A stretch of 63,765 bases of DNA, filler included, from Perkinsus chesapeaki ATCC PRA-425 (GCA_013115145.1; 5 parts of 5 records of this genome joined end to end with filler, not necessarily neighbours in it), one strand, 5' to 3'; shown: positions 1 through 14,048, counted from the whole stretch's first letter. Made by a program: numbers and translations. Notes: generated from the letters alone by a model not told the origin.

Positions 1-135
1 ACATATTTCCTATCAAACTCCTTTCTATTATATCTCCTCCTCCGTATCACTAGTAACATATTTCCTATCAAACCAACCCTCCCCGAAGACACATCCCGGT
101 GTACAAGTCCCTCCTCAACATAAGCAGGCCTCTAT

Positions 136-1782
136 TTAGTAAGAACTACCCATGAGTGAAAACGCGTTTTGCAATGTCACTAACAATCCACTCGACACCT
201 TCAGCCAGGCCGTCCCCGGTTACCGCTGAGCATGCCAGGACGTACCAGTGCCGAGACATGGACATTGTCTCCAGTTCGAGGTGCTGAAGAAAACACCACT
301 CTGGACTTCACCAAAACGATGCCTCGGTACTTTGCGAATTTCCATCGGTGAGAGAGCCCCTGAAATATCTTGCTTATTTGCGAGGACCTGAGTAAGGTGC
401 AGAGGACTACTAGGTAACCCTTCCCCTACGAAGAGAGGTAAGTATCACTATCGACAACACCTCAGCTACGGGTAGGCTGCATTCATAGGCCTACTCGAGC
501 CCCCAGCTGATGGCGCACAAAAAGAGTTAACGGAGAGGCTAGCGCTGGAGGCATTCGTTCAAGCGGTATTCTACATAAACGACACCTTTTTATTCAGCAA
601 ATGACTGTCAATACCAAGCAGCTTGCCCGAATCATTTTTTCAATCTGTTCGTTTCCCGTGGTTCGAGCTCACCTCCCCGTTGGACACAGAAGCTACTTCG
701 CACATGAACAGTGAGGATTTTATTAGCTGCAAGAAATGGAAAGCTCTTCAAGATTTCCATAGTAAGTATTATTGTTTATTATTATTATTAGATTAATTAA
801 TTCAAGTAACCTACTAGAAGGGACGCCCCAGCAAGCCGCTCTTCCTTGAGCAGCTTATGCAGCTCCTCCTTACAGTCTGTCAATCTGTGACGGTCAAGCG
901 AATCAACAACCCAAATCTGAAAAGGATTCCGGCGGCCGATTGCGTCATCTGCGGCCTACCAGACCATCTGTCGCCTCGAAGTAGTTGCGCCAAAAACTTC
1001 TGATACTTTTCTGTCCGCCTACATCCCAGATGTTGAGTTTGAAACTGTGAAAAGTCAAACACGGATCTAGTAAAAATAATAAATAAACATACAACTCATA
1101 GAAATATGAATAATACACAAGGGCAATTCCAGTAAACTGTATTGTGGCGGTTGTTCAGTTGTTGAGCATCGGGCGATATAATTGAAACCCCGAATCCACA
1201 GAACACTGCAACAGTTGACAGAAGCACAGTGCAACGGCTTTAACAGCTGGTGTGGCACAACTCCGTGCTCCAGCACTTGTATAATTTTCAAGCATCATCG
1301 GCGGCATCGAGACCTCTTCTTCAGGTGCCGCAGGATCCACTAATCCTGGTAGACCGATCCACTAAGGATTGGAATAGGTGACGATGGATAATAAGAAGAT
1401 TTTCAGACAAACATTTAATGGCAAAGCATGTCGTCATTTTAGTGACATACGGGATAAGCATCCTAGATTTGCAAGGCTGACTCAGCTTAGATGTCAGTCG
1501 GTTGAAGTATCAACTCGTTTGCCGTTGCTACTTCACACGTGCATGCCTTTTAGAACCAGCCTACTCATTATATAAAATAGTTTTGATATTAAATCCAACA
1601 GTCGGTGGAATCTGCGAGATATCTTCACCATTAAACCTCAACAGCACAGTTGTCTTCCCAGCGTTATCGAGGCCTCTGAAAAAACAAAGTCGCCGATTTC
1701 CCCAAGCGAAGCCCTACAGGATCAGCAGCCGAATCTCCCTTTCTTGCTCCTTTACCTTTCGGACAATTTTAAGCAGCCCCAT
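136..1782 (-). CDS. ARL2: ADP-ribosylation factor-like GTPase 2, 6 exons
   Basis: Hand-spliced translation: [22 protein letters not shown]|[37 protein letters not shown]|[28 protein letters not shown]|[34 protein letters not shown]|[19 protein letters not shown]|[49 protein letters not shown]1, G3 and G4 motifs are intact and [11 protein letters not shown] is Arl2-type. GT-AG introns include 1676-1717, 1045-1564 and 388-814. Confidence 0.96.
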
Positions 1783-2099
1783 CGACGATCAAATTTAAAC
1801 TGCCAGCACTAGTGCCACCGAAACTTAGGTACCTTATATGCTATTGAATGGACCCGGTATATTACTAGAAGTTTGGTATGTCGTGAACAGTTTCGGTGAT
1901 CTATTAATAAAATGGGTAAGCTTCTTGAACGATCGGCAAATGAGTACAGATCCGGGTTAATTACTACTCGAACCGGAAATGCTGTAGTGGCGCCGAACTC
2001 AAGAGCATCAGATCCGAATTAGACAAATCGATGTGACGGGCAGCAGACTTCGCTCACACAACATCGTTTCGAAAAGTTTTTGGTATCTTCATTCGCGCA

Positions 2100-3722
2100 T
2101 CAAACAGTGGCGGTTGCCGAGTGAACAATGGTGAGCATTTGGAGCGCGGTGAGAGATGCTCCCTGTGCCGGATAACTTGCTTGGTAGTGATGCCTTTGGC
2201 CAGCAGGCAAAGATGAAACCTGGATGATATTAAAAACGGGCAGAGGGGAGAGGCTTACCCGAGGAACAGGACCAATGAGACTAGGCATATCAGACAGAGA
2301 AGGGCCATAACTCTGGCAAGGATGGCAAGGTCCTAAGAAAGCATCGCTTCGTCGTTTTCTGGTAAGTGCCGTGATGAAGTTGGATAGAGCGAGTTTGGTG
2401 GGCCGTAGTGAAATGTGCTACTCCGGGCCCTTCTATAACCCAGCGGATTCGAGGACGGTGACTCAGCATTCCATGAAAATGACGGGGAAGCAATAATACA
2501 GATACATGCCCGAGGGAATCGACTACACTTCTGAGCGAGGTGTTTGCATGTCTGTCAGGTCTTCCATTTAAGAGTCTAATTTTTCTACTACTTTGCCACG
2601 ACCACAACTTTACCGATTCCAGGGCGAAATTTTTCCCCGCCAGTACGTGGCACATTCCACTAAAAACGTGTATGACGAAACTTGTGCACATTAAGTTCGA
2701 TGATGCGACTTTTGTGCAATTTACTGTTCCACTTTACGGTTCTCAAGAATGTTGTTAATGGTGCCTGGCGACAACACTTACTGGCTTGGCTTTGATACCG
2801 ATCGATATGCCAGTCGTGGCTGACTCGTCATCTACTATACTGGTCCAGATAATAAACTGTATCATAACAATTGCCGCATACAGCGTTACCGATACGACAA
2901 ACGTCATGAAAAAGGGATAGTTGCGGCCACCTAAAAAATACTCTCAGCAAGGCAGGACGGCCAGGCATTTTACCAATGCAGTTGTTAAGGAAAATACAGT
3001 GGTGATCGAAGCCGAGCACGCAGTTATTGCAGACACGGCAGTGAGATGTTGTGGTGGAATCTCGATAGAGTTGGCAGGTGCCTGAGCAACAATCTCGATA
3101 ATACCTGCCGAGCAAAGGACAGTGGCGAGGGAGCTAGGGCAGGGTTGAAGAAAGGTGGAAAATACAGTAATATAGTAATCCTCTGGGATAGATAGATGGA
3201 TGGTGAATTATCTTACTGCAGTATCGTAAAGGCCCTCCTCCGACCCGATCGTCCATCTCCGAACAGCACCCGTCTGGAGTCGCATCCATTTGGTCCATCA
3301 ACTCCACTATGGAGCGTCTGACAATGACAGGTCAGGAGGTCGACAAAGAGCAAGTCTACCGTGGCATGATTCCCGGGTCAGAATATGCTGCCAAGAATAA
3401 TCCCGTCATGGTACTGATGAAAAGCATCACGGTTGCTATTGCGAGCCAGGGGGACACAGCCTGCCAAATATCAACTGCAGGGAGCACCGTATAGAGGAGA
3501 AATCTGAATAGGAAATATTAACAATCCTCGAGGTTAATCAACTGACCCAAGCATGATAGGAACACTAGTCCATATAGGCGCCCATGGCTGAGGGCCACAG
3601 ACGCACAGACCACCACATAGGAAGGTGGTTTGATGAGAAGGCCAAAGCTTGTACAGCTGCACTGTGGAGTCGCTGGGCTTCAACGGCGAACAGAGCTCCT
3701 TGGTCGAGAAGGAGGTTGTCAT
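2100..3722 (-). CDS. DHHC-type protein S-palmitoyltransferase (ERF2/ZDHHC9-like), multi-exon; 3' end approximate
   Basis: Exons encode [23 protein letters not shown] (Erf2-type N-terminus), a TM segment followed by [36 protein letters not shown] (DHHC-CRD) and [28 protein letters not shown]. Confidence 0.9.
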
Positions 3723-4164
3723 ATGAGAAGATAACGCAACCCTCACTTACACCGCTCACTGACACATCCGCGTACATACTAGGATCCTAGTGAGCTGGGA
3801 AAACCCCAAATCCATTCCTCTCCATGCCCACATCCAACGTTCCTACATTATGACATAGTCTCCACGCAGTAAGACTCGGACCTCCAAGGATCAGGCACGA
3901 ATCATGACAAATCTCGATGCGCAATGCGGACAAGCAAAAATTTATCGTTATAATATCGAGTTATAGATTGAGCAAGCACGAGCAAAATAATAAGCCATAG
4001 CTGGGTTCAAACTTGAGCCTGCCTTTGGCTCCTTGGTAGTTCAATAAATCAACAGTCGCCTACCGAACGCCAACAAGACCGCCACTCTCGCACTAAAAAC
4101 GCAACGGCACATATCGCGCCACGGCTAAGTGAAAAATTGTACATGGTTGAGAGTCATGAAGAAT

Positions 4165-7030
4165 TCAATTGTCAGAATCGTCGATGAGCTCTGGTATCCA
4201 ATCGGAGTCTTCGACCTCAGTAAGAATCTTCGGATCCTCAGTAAACAGAATCTGACGACTCGATCGACCTGTGTTTCTCCCGCTGTCACATACGTGTTCG
4301 CAGCACTCTGTGACGCGGCTCACCTCCCCAGGACCCTGCTTAATCTCTCCAGTGAAAATAGGCACCTAGTGCACAGTATAACAGCTACCTTTCACCAGCA
4401 CCGAGATGGATACTCTATCGAGAAGAATGGTGATGTTTCTGACACCTCTAGCTGCATACAATCTCGATTTATTATAGTTCCAAAGCCTCACCATAGCCAA
4501 GCATACCTATCAGTAGTTAACCACCAAATGGAACGCATTATCCTACCGGTTTCGTTCCGAGGTCGATGGTGATGCGTTGATCACCGTCGGCCTGGAAGAG
4601 CGCCAGCCACGAATGTAGATCATCTTGGGTTAAATAGGGCTCTCGAACCAAATTCATAAGCATCGCTCCGCTAGACTTCTGACAGTCGAATCAAGTTTTT
4701 GTCGAGCCCCAGCTTGAAGGTGATCCCCGAGGTAAAGGAGAGTGATTACAGTTGAATGACATGTGGGTGTGCGGCCCCCAACGACTCGCACCGAACCATC
4801 ACCAAAAGACGATCTGAGATGCCCGCCGCCAACCCTAGGGTACCCCTCAATCACACAGCACTCTGGAGTCCCATTCTAGGCGGAGATCGGTCACTGGACA
4901 TCGGGGCAACCTCTACAGCTCACTGGAAATGTTCATTGAGCTGTCATTGACATCGAAGGCTCTTCCTTGCATTGGACTATATCGTACTCATTATCAAAGA
5001 GAGACTTTGACGGTTTTCATGATGAGAGTGAAATGTTAAGTATATTTCGACGGGAATCTTCTCTCCCCAAACATTATACCTTTACGTCTTCATCTCCCTA
5101 TCTTTGATCGAAACGCAGCCGTGCGAGGCACCTACCCCTTCTCCTATGACTTCAACTGCCTTCAATGTCGATGACACACTTCCACTACCAATCACAACTC
5201 GCCGCCCTTTACTATCAAACAGCTCAATGCCGTTCAAACCTGAGCGTCTTCGGGCGGAAACTTCCTGTTCATAATTTTACCAACAAGATTCTCATCTCCC
5301 CAAGTGGAATGTATAACGATCTCCATCACTCTCCCCTGCGGCAGCACCGGCACCGTCACCGACTACATTCGAGAGATTACCGACTAACAGATGTCTATCG
5401 TACCGTGTCTGCCGGAGGGCCGATGCCGGGCTGCCTCCGAGCCGTTACAAGCCCGTCGAGGAACTCCGAAGGCGAGATCCCGCGAAGAAGGGAGCCGCTT
5501 CCCCCCCGAGGACTAATGGAACCCGAGTAAAGTCTCGACCAATAATCTCTGACGAACCTGTCGGTCACGGAACTCATAGGAGGCAAAACGTCAGCAGCAG
5601 AAATAGGCCGTTTGGAAAATATATCATCTCTGGGGCGCGTGACGCTGCTCTCTGATGACTTCAGTGCCTATAGCGCATAAACGTAATTTCGTGGCGCGCG
5701 TGATGACCTCGAAAGTCTTTCGTGACAGACTCGCGTTGAGAGTGAGCATCTTCGTGTCGACCGACTCCCGAACCTGAGAGTCATCGGCCTAAGTTTCAAT
5801 TGCGAAAATCCTTACCGTGTTCAAGGAGGTGTCTTTTTCGGTCGTGCCATGACCTGGAGAATTATCAAGAAGGATGGTCTGAACAGAGAATACCCAACTG
5901 GAAGGATCTCGGTGTTACGGTGGTTCGGTGTACGGGAGCACATACACACGCTACAGCGGGGCCGTACTAGCTGAATACAGTATATATTGAATAAACGTAT
6001 ACTAACGTTTGTTGAAATGGTACGGTAATATTAAACGTCCTCTATTATATCAGTATCGGATATACTGGATATAGTTCACATGCTTTCTGGAGGTGTAACA
6101 AACTGATAGGTTACGGGAGATAAGGTATTCACGAGCGAAGTCGACCGAGGCTACCTCATCACCGCCAATGGCTGTGTCCTGCTCAACAGCCGTTGGCAAC
6201 GATACTCTCTCAGAAGTGGTATCGATAACCTTCCGGAGAGATGAGACGGATGCCGCAAATGTTACGATACTTCCTTCAAAATTGCCTTCTGTTCACCACT
6301 AAGCCGAAGTATCGATTCACCAACTGGTTCTGGAAGTCCTTCACTGAGAATCTAGACAAGTGGCCGATGTTGCCATAATCATGCTGAGCCGTGGCGCGCT
6401 TGAAGGAACAAAAAAGCTTCCCCGAACAAATTGACGTTTCACCAAGAGCATATTCAATACGAAAACTGTCCAAAGAATTCCTTTAGGCTGGGAACAGATT
6501 GGGATACTTCAAGTACTCACGGAGAGATAGGTCTAGTAGAAGGATGTCTCCGTGAGGCCGGATTATTGAAACTACGGAACCACTTGAGAACTAGTAAATT
6601 TGGATGATCTATATTTCACACACAAATGCTATCTTCAAATGAAGAAGTAAAACTACACCTTCGTTTGACAGAGATTTCCTCAACTCTGACAGTTCCTCCG
6701 AGGACGCTCTTGCCGCGAACTTCAACAAACTGTCGCTCTCCTTGGAATCCCTGAAGTCACCGGGTATCTCACGCGCCCCGGGATGGTAATGCTACTCCGA
6801 AGAGGAAGAGCACTGTTCAAAATCATCATCCGAGTAGAACTCGTATGCTTCGATGTCGTTCGCCAACTTATTAGGTGGATGGAGGGAGAGGCTGGGGACG
6901 GTACTTTAATGAAGGCAGATGGCAAAAGGTAGTAGCAGCTCACACTAAACCATCATCAGTTTTGAGTCTGACGGTTTCCATGCCCCAAGTAGGGCGATCC
7001 TCTGCTGCAGCTAGGATAACCGGAGCAAAC
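4165..7030 (-). CDS. KATNIP/KIAA0556-like (DUF4457) basal-body protein, many short exons; 5' end approximate
   Basis: Spliced C-terminus VLPQGRVMEIVIHSTWGDENLVG|LNGIELFDSKGRR...NLVREPYLTQDDLHSWLALF...RGVRNITILLD...PIFTGEIKQGPGE...ILFTEDPKIL resembles the KATNIP repeat (STWGD..YVGLNGIE, TQDDMHVWLAPF, RGVKDI, ILFT). Upstream exons chain in frame through GT-AG introns such as 6751-6795. Confidence 0.8.
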
Positions 7031-7232
7031 TCATCTGAGCCGAAAGGACAGAATAAGAAAGCCGAAGAGAAATGAAAATGTCAATTGATAGCTCAGAATT
7101 CGAATCGTAATATTAGATTGAAATAGTGAATTCGCAATTTGAAATCGCGACGATGATTAAATGACTTACCTAAAGCTACCTGATACATCGAGCCCCATTC
7201 ATTAGATGCCTCTACAGAGATAAGCGGAAATA

Positions 7233-7560
7233 ATGTTAGCAAAGAGAAGCATTTCTATTCTCCCTAAACTTTATGGAAGCCCAGTTACCCCAGATGTTCG
7301 AGTTCTGGAGATATATGAACCAATACTTCATAACAGCGACAGTATATCCCAGGATGGACACTACTGTGTAAAAAACTCCGAGTCTGGCCAGAAATACGCA
7401 ACAAGTCTCCAACGATAATCAGGAAACTGGTATCTGTTCAACGATTCGATTTTCAATTATATCTCGCTAAAGGCGCAGATGAATGGCAAGAATCCTGACA
7501 ATGAAAAACTCCCACGTGTTTACCACATTTTCCCCTTCTTCCGGCAAAATATGGCATTTA
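7233..7560 (+). pseudogene. Possible decayed fragment of a ubiquitin-specific protease C-terminus (His box)
   Basis: The reading frame gives ILHNSDSISQDGHYCVKNSESG...*SGNWYLFNDS...RVYHIFPFFRQ, resembling H-S-G...GHY...WxxFND...AYxLFY, but it has an in-frame TAA and no room for an N-terminus. Confidence 0.3.
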
Positions 7561-8039
7561 TTACGCCTTTAAGGCAAACATTAATATTGGACCGTTTCAT
7601 ACAGCATCATCATCATCCACTTACACTCATTTTCTTGTGGTGGTATTTCCCGTCGGTTCCTCCCTCTTCTCCTCTCCTTCGGTGGATTGGAGTATCGTCG
7701 CCCTCCTTGAGAATAAAGGTCAAATCCTTTCTCCTTCTCAATGACCTCTTGCGATTCTAATGCCAACCTGACAGTAGGATGGAATCGCTCCAGGCATCTC
7801 ACCGGAAGTATCGGTTTTATAAACTAACTGAGGACTTGTAGGCTTTAATGGGGTAGTACGAAGAAGTCCGAGCAGTCCTCTATTGAATGAAAGTGGCACG
7901 ACTTGGAATAGAGCGATATAATTTTAATTTACTATAAATTATACCGTGTAAGATCACGGTAGCCGATCACGTGCACTCGTGACAACCAAGATGGACCATA
8001 AATTTTTGTCAAGTGCGATATAGCCTGCGTGAGAATATA

Positions 8040-8560
8040 CTTCTCTCGGTCAGACTGAAGACTCTCCAGTATGATCAGTCTACAGTGTAGAGCAACAACT
8101 CACAATATAATTCGGGTCAGTTTGACATATCTACATTTGCTTGTTCCCAATAATAGATTAAATGATACTTTCATCGCAATCCGTCCTCACGAGGACGAAT
8201 CCTTGCTTCGCTCCGCTCACCTCCGAGTAATTTTCCTTTTTTCTCTAACCAACCTAAGATACCTCTCCCGTGCGTCAGGATCATATCTCAACTGATACCT
8301 TCGAGAGTACGATCCTTCATTTCCAGCAGCTGTGCTGCGCATTTGCCATCAAATCGAAAACTATATAAAAAGTGTCTCATACGAAATGATACGTCGGAAG
8401 AGTTGTGCGCCTGCTAGGCATGGCATGCTCTCATATCCTTTCGGGCTCGAGAATCTGGTCTTTCTTGCGTTCGACGTTGCGGCCACTGTAGACAGGTCAC
8501 ATCGGGGCCGTATCAAGTACATGACGCAAATCTTCACATTAATCATCGTCGTGAAAAGGT
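8040..8560 (-). CDS. Possible small multi-exon gene, unknown product
   Basis: Several short open segments are bounded by cag/tag acceptors and gtatc/gtgag donors. The frame chain is not unique and I recognise no homology. Confidence 0.25.
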
Positions 8561-8904
8561 CCATACAGTGAAGCCAGGAAAAATCTCGCTCGCCCAAAAA
8601 ATCGAATTGGGTTACGAAACGGTCATGATATTATAAAATTTATTTTTAACTGTTACCATCATGCTGTCTTCCAAGTTTCCTGTTCTAAGCCGTAAAATTA
8701 AAAAAGTTATACCAAAAAAACGAATTCGCATAACGGTTTGGTTCGCACTGTAGGTTTACAGTGAAGTGAAAATCTACACTGTGGACACGCTACAGCCAGT
8801 AAAGAATCTCCAAGATACGAGGAGGCGGAGAATACGGCGATTTAACTTTGATGCTCGGTGAGAATAACCGTCTCATGTTAGGGCACCACCCATGGACATA
8901 TTAT

Positions 8905-11900
8905 ATAACACGGGCAACTTGTTCGGAGCCAGTTCCTTCATACGCGGGTCCATCAGCAGAATGTGTAATGACTTCGTGGCCGTTGCCTAATGTAGATAAA
9001 ATAAGTTCATCTACTCGGAGGAGACTCCTTCTGAGGTCAGTTTGATCCACATGAACTCAACAACACTGTACCATAATACCATAACAACATCATCAAGCTC
9101 ATGTATCCCTTCTCAGTGCTTGCATAGCCTTAGCTACCTCCATCGCTGCAGCTTCCTGCTCCAATGCCTGTCGCCAAAGATCCCTCTCATACACCTTCGC
9201 CAATGCAAAGCAATCCTGAAACAGCATGCAGACACGAACTACAATTCTGCCTACTTTTAAATTGGTAACAGGGCCTTCAGGAACAGACAGGTCCGTCGAA
9301 ATGCGGACCGCTCGACTTCGTCTCTTTTTGCGAAGGTCATCGCTTCCTTTCTCCCCAGCACCGCCCCGGTTACCCTGAAAGCTCAACATCGGCAAGAAGG
9401 ATCCAGGAAATAAAATTATTCCCATTTCAAATTCAAATACATTCCACCTACGTGATGTGCTTAGTAATCGGGGGGAAAAAGCAAAGCAAGGCAGCCACTC
9501 GAAAGTATGGTAACAGCAGATTGAGTGGGCGTGGGAAGACATATATCCCCGACCTGTCTCATTGATCATTAATAATACAAGCCTACTGGTAAATCCAAAG
9601 TCCCCGTAGATTCTCGACGATTCTCCTCGGCTTCTTTCGGTCTAGCTATGAGCGATGAACCGTACAACCTAAAACTCATACCGCTCCTCTCTCATCAAAG
9701 TAAGAATCCTACTCGTGATTCTGGCGGATGAATTCCATAAGACTGGCCGCGGTGAAATCGAGACTTTCATTACCGTCACCGTGCATGCCACTGTCAAAAT
9801 CGGTCTGCAGATGGAAATATGGAAATATAGCCTATGCGAGGTCCTACAGTAGGAACTAATAAAAGGGAAGCTGACTGCCCGTCAAGATGAAACAGCCGAG
9901 CAAATTGGACCTGACAAAGGCACAGGTTCGAACCCGCCACTTTGCGTTTATTCAACAGTCCTATTTTGATAATTCACGACGAAGCCTATCCGTCCCTATT
10001 TCTCGGCGCGCAAGAAATGTTCCCTGACCTACCCAATCTCTGAGATGCTTTGCACAATCGTTCATAGAATCTATTAATTTCTTAGCTGCAATCGCCTTGT
10101 TCCTCATTCGTCTGCAGAACTCCGTGGCCAACAGACCATACCGGAGCACCTACCAACAACATCAGCAAAAGGGGATCTAGCCGTCTCCCCTACAGGATTC
10201 ATGACAGCGGCATCCACCCGAGCCTTCAGCTGAGCCAGGCCGACATTAGCCATCATCTCCTCAGCTTCTAGCCCGAGCAGTTCACGGCTCCCTCGCCTTG
10301 GTGCTCCACCAGGCATGAGTATGGATGATCGATGGCTGCCGACACCGCCGCCCCGCATAACTGAGCCTCGTCTTCCTCCCTGCTGCTGTGGCACTGCTAG
10401 AGTATTCGAAGGTTGCTGAAATGTCCAGACTGAGGATCGAACCCACAACCGTTCGATTGCCTACCTGGTTAACTCTGGACATCCGCCTCGCTCCGCTGCC
10501 ATCAGGTGGCTGAAGTGTCGGAGCCGAAGGGCTAATCCCAACCATCACAGATTTTCGGAGTGTTGGCGAACTCGCGACATGCCTCACAGATTTCCTCATA
10601 GATTTCCGGCCCTTCCTCCCTCGCCGACCCTTTTCTGAGACCACGACTCCAATACAATACACCATTATATATACCATATTCACTGTAGGTGTTAGCCGTT
10701 CCCACTACCCCAGAAATGGCAGCATCGTTTATCTATTTACTCATTTTTAAGATAAGTCCCTCTGGATTGAATTATTGCGCGTATCGTACGTACAGATATT
10801 ATGATAACCACCTTAATCATCTCCATTCCATCGGCACGCACTTTACGTCGTTCTTAATAATGTTGATAATGACGAAGCTGAGCTCCGTAACAGGCCTTAT
10901 CACAGCCTACTATATATCATTTTCAGAGGAATTCTGGGGAAAATTTTGCGGCTTCAAATTCCACGAGCACGGTAGATAGCACATTTCACGCGCGAAGCTC
11001 CCAGCTTCAACACTCGTGACGAGTTACCTTTCTCCCCAGGCCGTCCTTTGACTCGGCTCCCTCGTGTTCGAGCCTTCTGGTTAGCTCTCTCCCAAGACAC
11101 TTGCCATTCTTCTATCAAACCTTGTGGTGCTTTCTTCACTGATATCTCCGCGGACTGAAAGTAGAATTTACAATCAGGTAAATCGGCCGCCCGTTAGGCT
11201 CACCGAATGGTTCTTGTAGAGGTTCATAAGGTAATGATGCTCCACTTTAATGAATCCAGGTATCCACTTCGTTCTCAGCGTTTCTTGAAGGTCGCTGTGG
11301 AACTGTCTCCAGAGCCTCTGCAGCCTCCTTGTGTTCCACAATAGCCGCTTGACAGCAAGGCTAAACGAATGCGAAATAAAAATCCTCCAAGTGGGAGTTC
11401 CCACCTTAGTTGACCAGCTTGCGACGCCGATACCATCAACCTCCGGATTAGCTCTGCCGCACTTGCCTTTCGCCGCTTCTTCCACAGCGGTCTCAGAAAC
11501 CTCACACTGGAATCGAGTAAGATACTCATTTGGGAGGATGGATTCAAGTATCACCATGCATTGACCGCAAGTGTCCATCGTTTTCGTGAAAGCTGGAATC
11601 GTCTGGTTGTCGACTTGAACCGCAAGGCGTAGATTCCGATCACGAAAACTCGCCTACGGAGTATCATTCAAGCGGCCTAGTGAAGATACCTTACCATAGC
11701 CTCACATCGATTGGAACGCTAGCTCTCAGAATTGAACGCTGGACGTTGACAACAGCCGCCGCCGAAAGTATCTAGGTCGAATGGTGAATATTTCCCCAAT
11801 CAAGCATACCTACTCTCAGCCATTGCTTTTGCCACAATGTGAGTTGTCGGACAGACATATCCGTTTTAGGTGCAAGGCGACCTGACATAACTCGATTGGG

Positions 11901-12945
11901 CATACGGTCGCGAGTTGCGATGAAAGATGATTTTCGGGTGATATCCCGGGCTTTCACATGAAAGATGGGACCCTTGATATACACGGACGCCTATATATCA
12001 TTGGAGGCATCGGGTAGCCCGGCTACAGATAACTAAACAGTTAGAAGGCACAGGTTCAAGGATATCTATCGGGCACTAGGGGAACACATTAACATCCCTA
12101 TGTCAGGGTGCTCGAGTGTAGCCTGTATTATCATAGGCGGAGGATGATGTTACACAAGTAGTAACCGTTGTGGGCAGGATCGGGTCAGTATTTTTTCGTT
12201 ACCCAAATGAGAATTCGGTCAGAGATCAGTCGGCCCAGCACTGTAGTGACCACAGTGTAGTTTATGCGTACCTCACGAACCAGTAACCGGCTGTTGTTTC
12301 TGATGTTCCGGGCGAAGGCAGCATAGGGGCTACCCGAAAACCGAAACATATAGAAAATGGAAGCATCTGAGCATTTATTGAGTATTATAAATCTTTAGAA
12401 GGTGCCAAATTTAACTATGAAGCGAAAAGCGGTCGACTGCGATAGCTGTACCGAGTCGCTCACTTCGGTATTGTTATCCCGTGAACGTGCGCACCATAGT
12501 TAAATTTGGCACCTATATTGCGCCCGCTCCAGCACTGCCTCAAACGCCTCCACAACTCCAACCGCGGCGGCATATTGGCGATGGCGCTGAAGATGAAGGA
12601 GCAGGCGGCGGAGCGGAGCCATCTAGTAAAGTGCCGCCAAGACGGTAGTAGGTCACTTGGCGATACCCTTCGGTGTCAGTACTATTCGTTATTCGACACG
12701 ACTCGGTGCACGATGCCTCTTCGATGGCAGTGTCCAAGAACGCCGATAGCATCCAATGCAGGGCATATGTACACAAGAAAGGCCGATGGGAGGCTCAGGT
12801 CCATTCAAAACCACCATCCTCGTCCTTTCGGGTTTCCCAAATTGGGCCCTCGAAGCAGGGCCTCCGAGCTCTACCTGCTCAGACTCGGCACACAACTTCA
12901 CCGCTTCAGCACATACGCTATTTGCTGAAGCAGCGTTATCTTTGA
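8905..12945 (-). CDS. Multi-exon hypothetical protein with IQ-like/basic helical segments; boundaries approximate
   Basis: Successive splice-bounded open segments include MAPLRRLLLHLQRHRQYAAAVGVVEAFEAVLERAQYR, RRLQRLWRQFHSDLQETLRTKWIPGFIKVEHHYLMNLY, Arg/Ser-rich low-complexity stretches and YERDLWRQALEQEAAAMEVAKAMQ. Confidence 0.5.
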
Positions 12946-13439
12946 AATAGCCCATCGTGTAACTTCGGACACACTTTCCTTGAAAATGTGCCTTTCTATC
13001 ATTCATTTTTCTACTACTTTATCCATATGATAGCCTATCAAACAAGTTGAGCCTGTTCACACGCACTGAGACACTGAGTGTCAGGCTCTAGGCCCAAATC
13101 GATCCGACCAATCAGCCACATATGACGAGACATGGCATGCTAACAACTTGCTGCTATGAAATACGAAGTAGTTGGCGCCCGCGGATGGGTGTTAAATTCC
13201 CGCTATTGGAGGAACAGTGATAGGTATTAAATGGTATAATGGCCGAGCCATTATAACCTGATAGATAGCGGCGTAGTTCTCGAAGCGAGAAACCTCAATA
13301 ACACAGGCCAAAGCAACCTTATGTTTAGAATTTCACAAAAAAAACTGTGAAAAATCTGACTACCCCATTTTATCGCGTCGGGCTGTAGACTCCCGTCACC
13401 TCAAACCGCATCCCAAGCCACGTATTTCGTAAGAACGAC

Positions 13440-13872
13440 GTGTGCAGGAATTTGCTTCCCGAAGGTCAATATTTGCCACGTCGAAGATTCTTACCAACAC
13501 TAGCAAAAGATTGTGCTCTCATCAACATGGTAGAGGCACCAGATGTCCGAGCCCGCTCTTCTAGGTTCACAGTTGCACTCCTGTTCATATGCCCTGTACC
13601 ACTCCTCGCCATCGGTTCATACCTGACAAGTGGACAAGCTCAATTTCATACCGTATCTTGCCCTACAATATATCCTCATCATCGATCACGATGTTCCCCA
13701 GCGTTCTGTGACGCCTAAGAAAGGCTTCTCCTATACGCCTCTCCCTGTCATCGGCCATGCATTGAACCTACACAGAGATGATGCCTCTGGTGATAACATT
13801 TCAAAAACCACAACCTTACTTGGCGAATCTTATGGTCTGGAACCGAGGTGGAGAGTTGGGACTGAAAAGTGA
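13440..13872 (+). CDS. Possible small spliced gene with one hydrophobic segment
   Basis: Splice-bounded segments FTVALLFICPVPLLAIGSYLTSGQAQFHT|RSVTPKKGFSY...VGTEK* join in frame. The start codon was not identified. Confidence 0.25.
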
Positions 13873-14048
13873 TAACTGGCAGCGATCGGGAGAACTGTTA
13901 CTTATAGTGGTGATCTACTATTATCATTACTCATAAGCCTTCACGTGGTTGATGACGAGTAGGCATTATTACCGCCACCAGAGGCTGTGGTAAGCCACAG
14001 CAACAACAACAGTTACAATGCTGAACTATTCCATGCCACTATTATTCA

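Noticed and set aside
4129-4572. 147-aa plus-strand ORF
   Set aside because: It is antisense to the terminal exons of the KATNIP-like gene.
6751-6795. In-frame TAG in a protein-like frame suggesting a pseudogene or stop recoding
   Set aside because: The stop lies in a 45-nt GT-AG intron whose removal restores the frame of the KATNIP-like gene.
9925-9935. GGTTCGAACCC tRNA T-loop/B-box motif
   Set aside because: The flanks do not form a T-stem or cloverleaf on either strand.
12695-12745. Kinase-like HCHRRGIVHR on the minus strand
   Set aside because: No HRD aspartate can be obtained by any splice, no other kinase subdomains are nearby, and another frame is the likelier exon.
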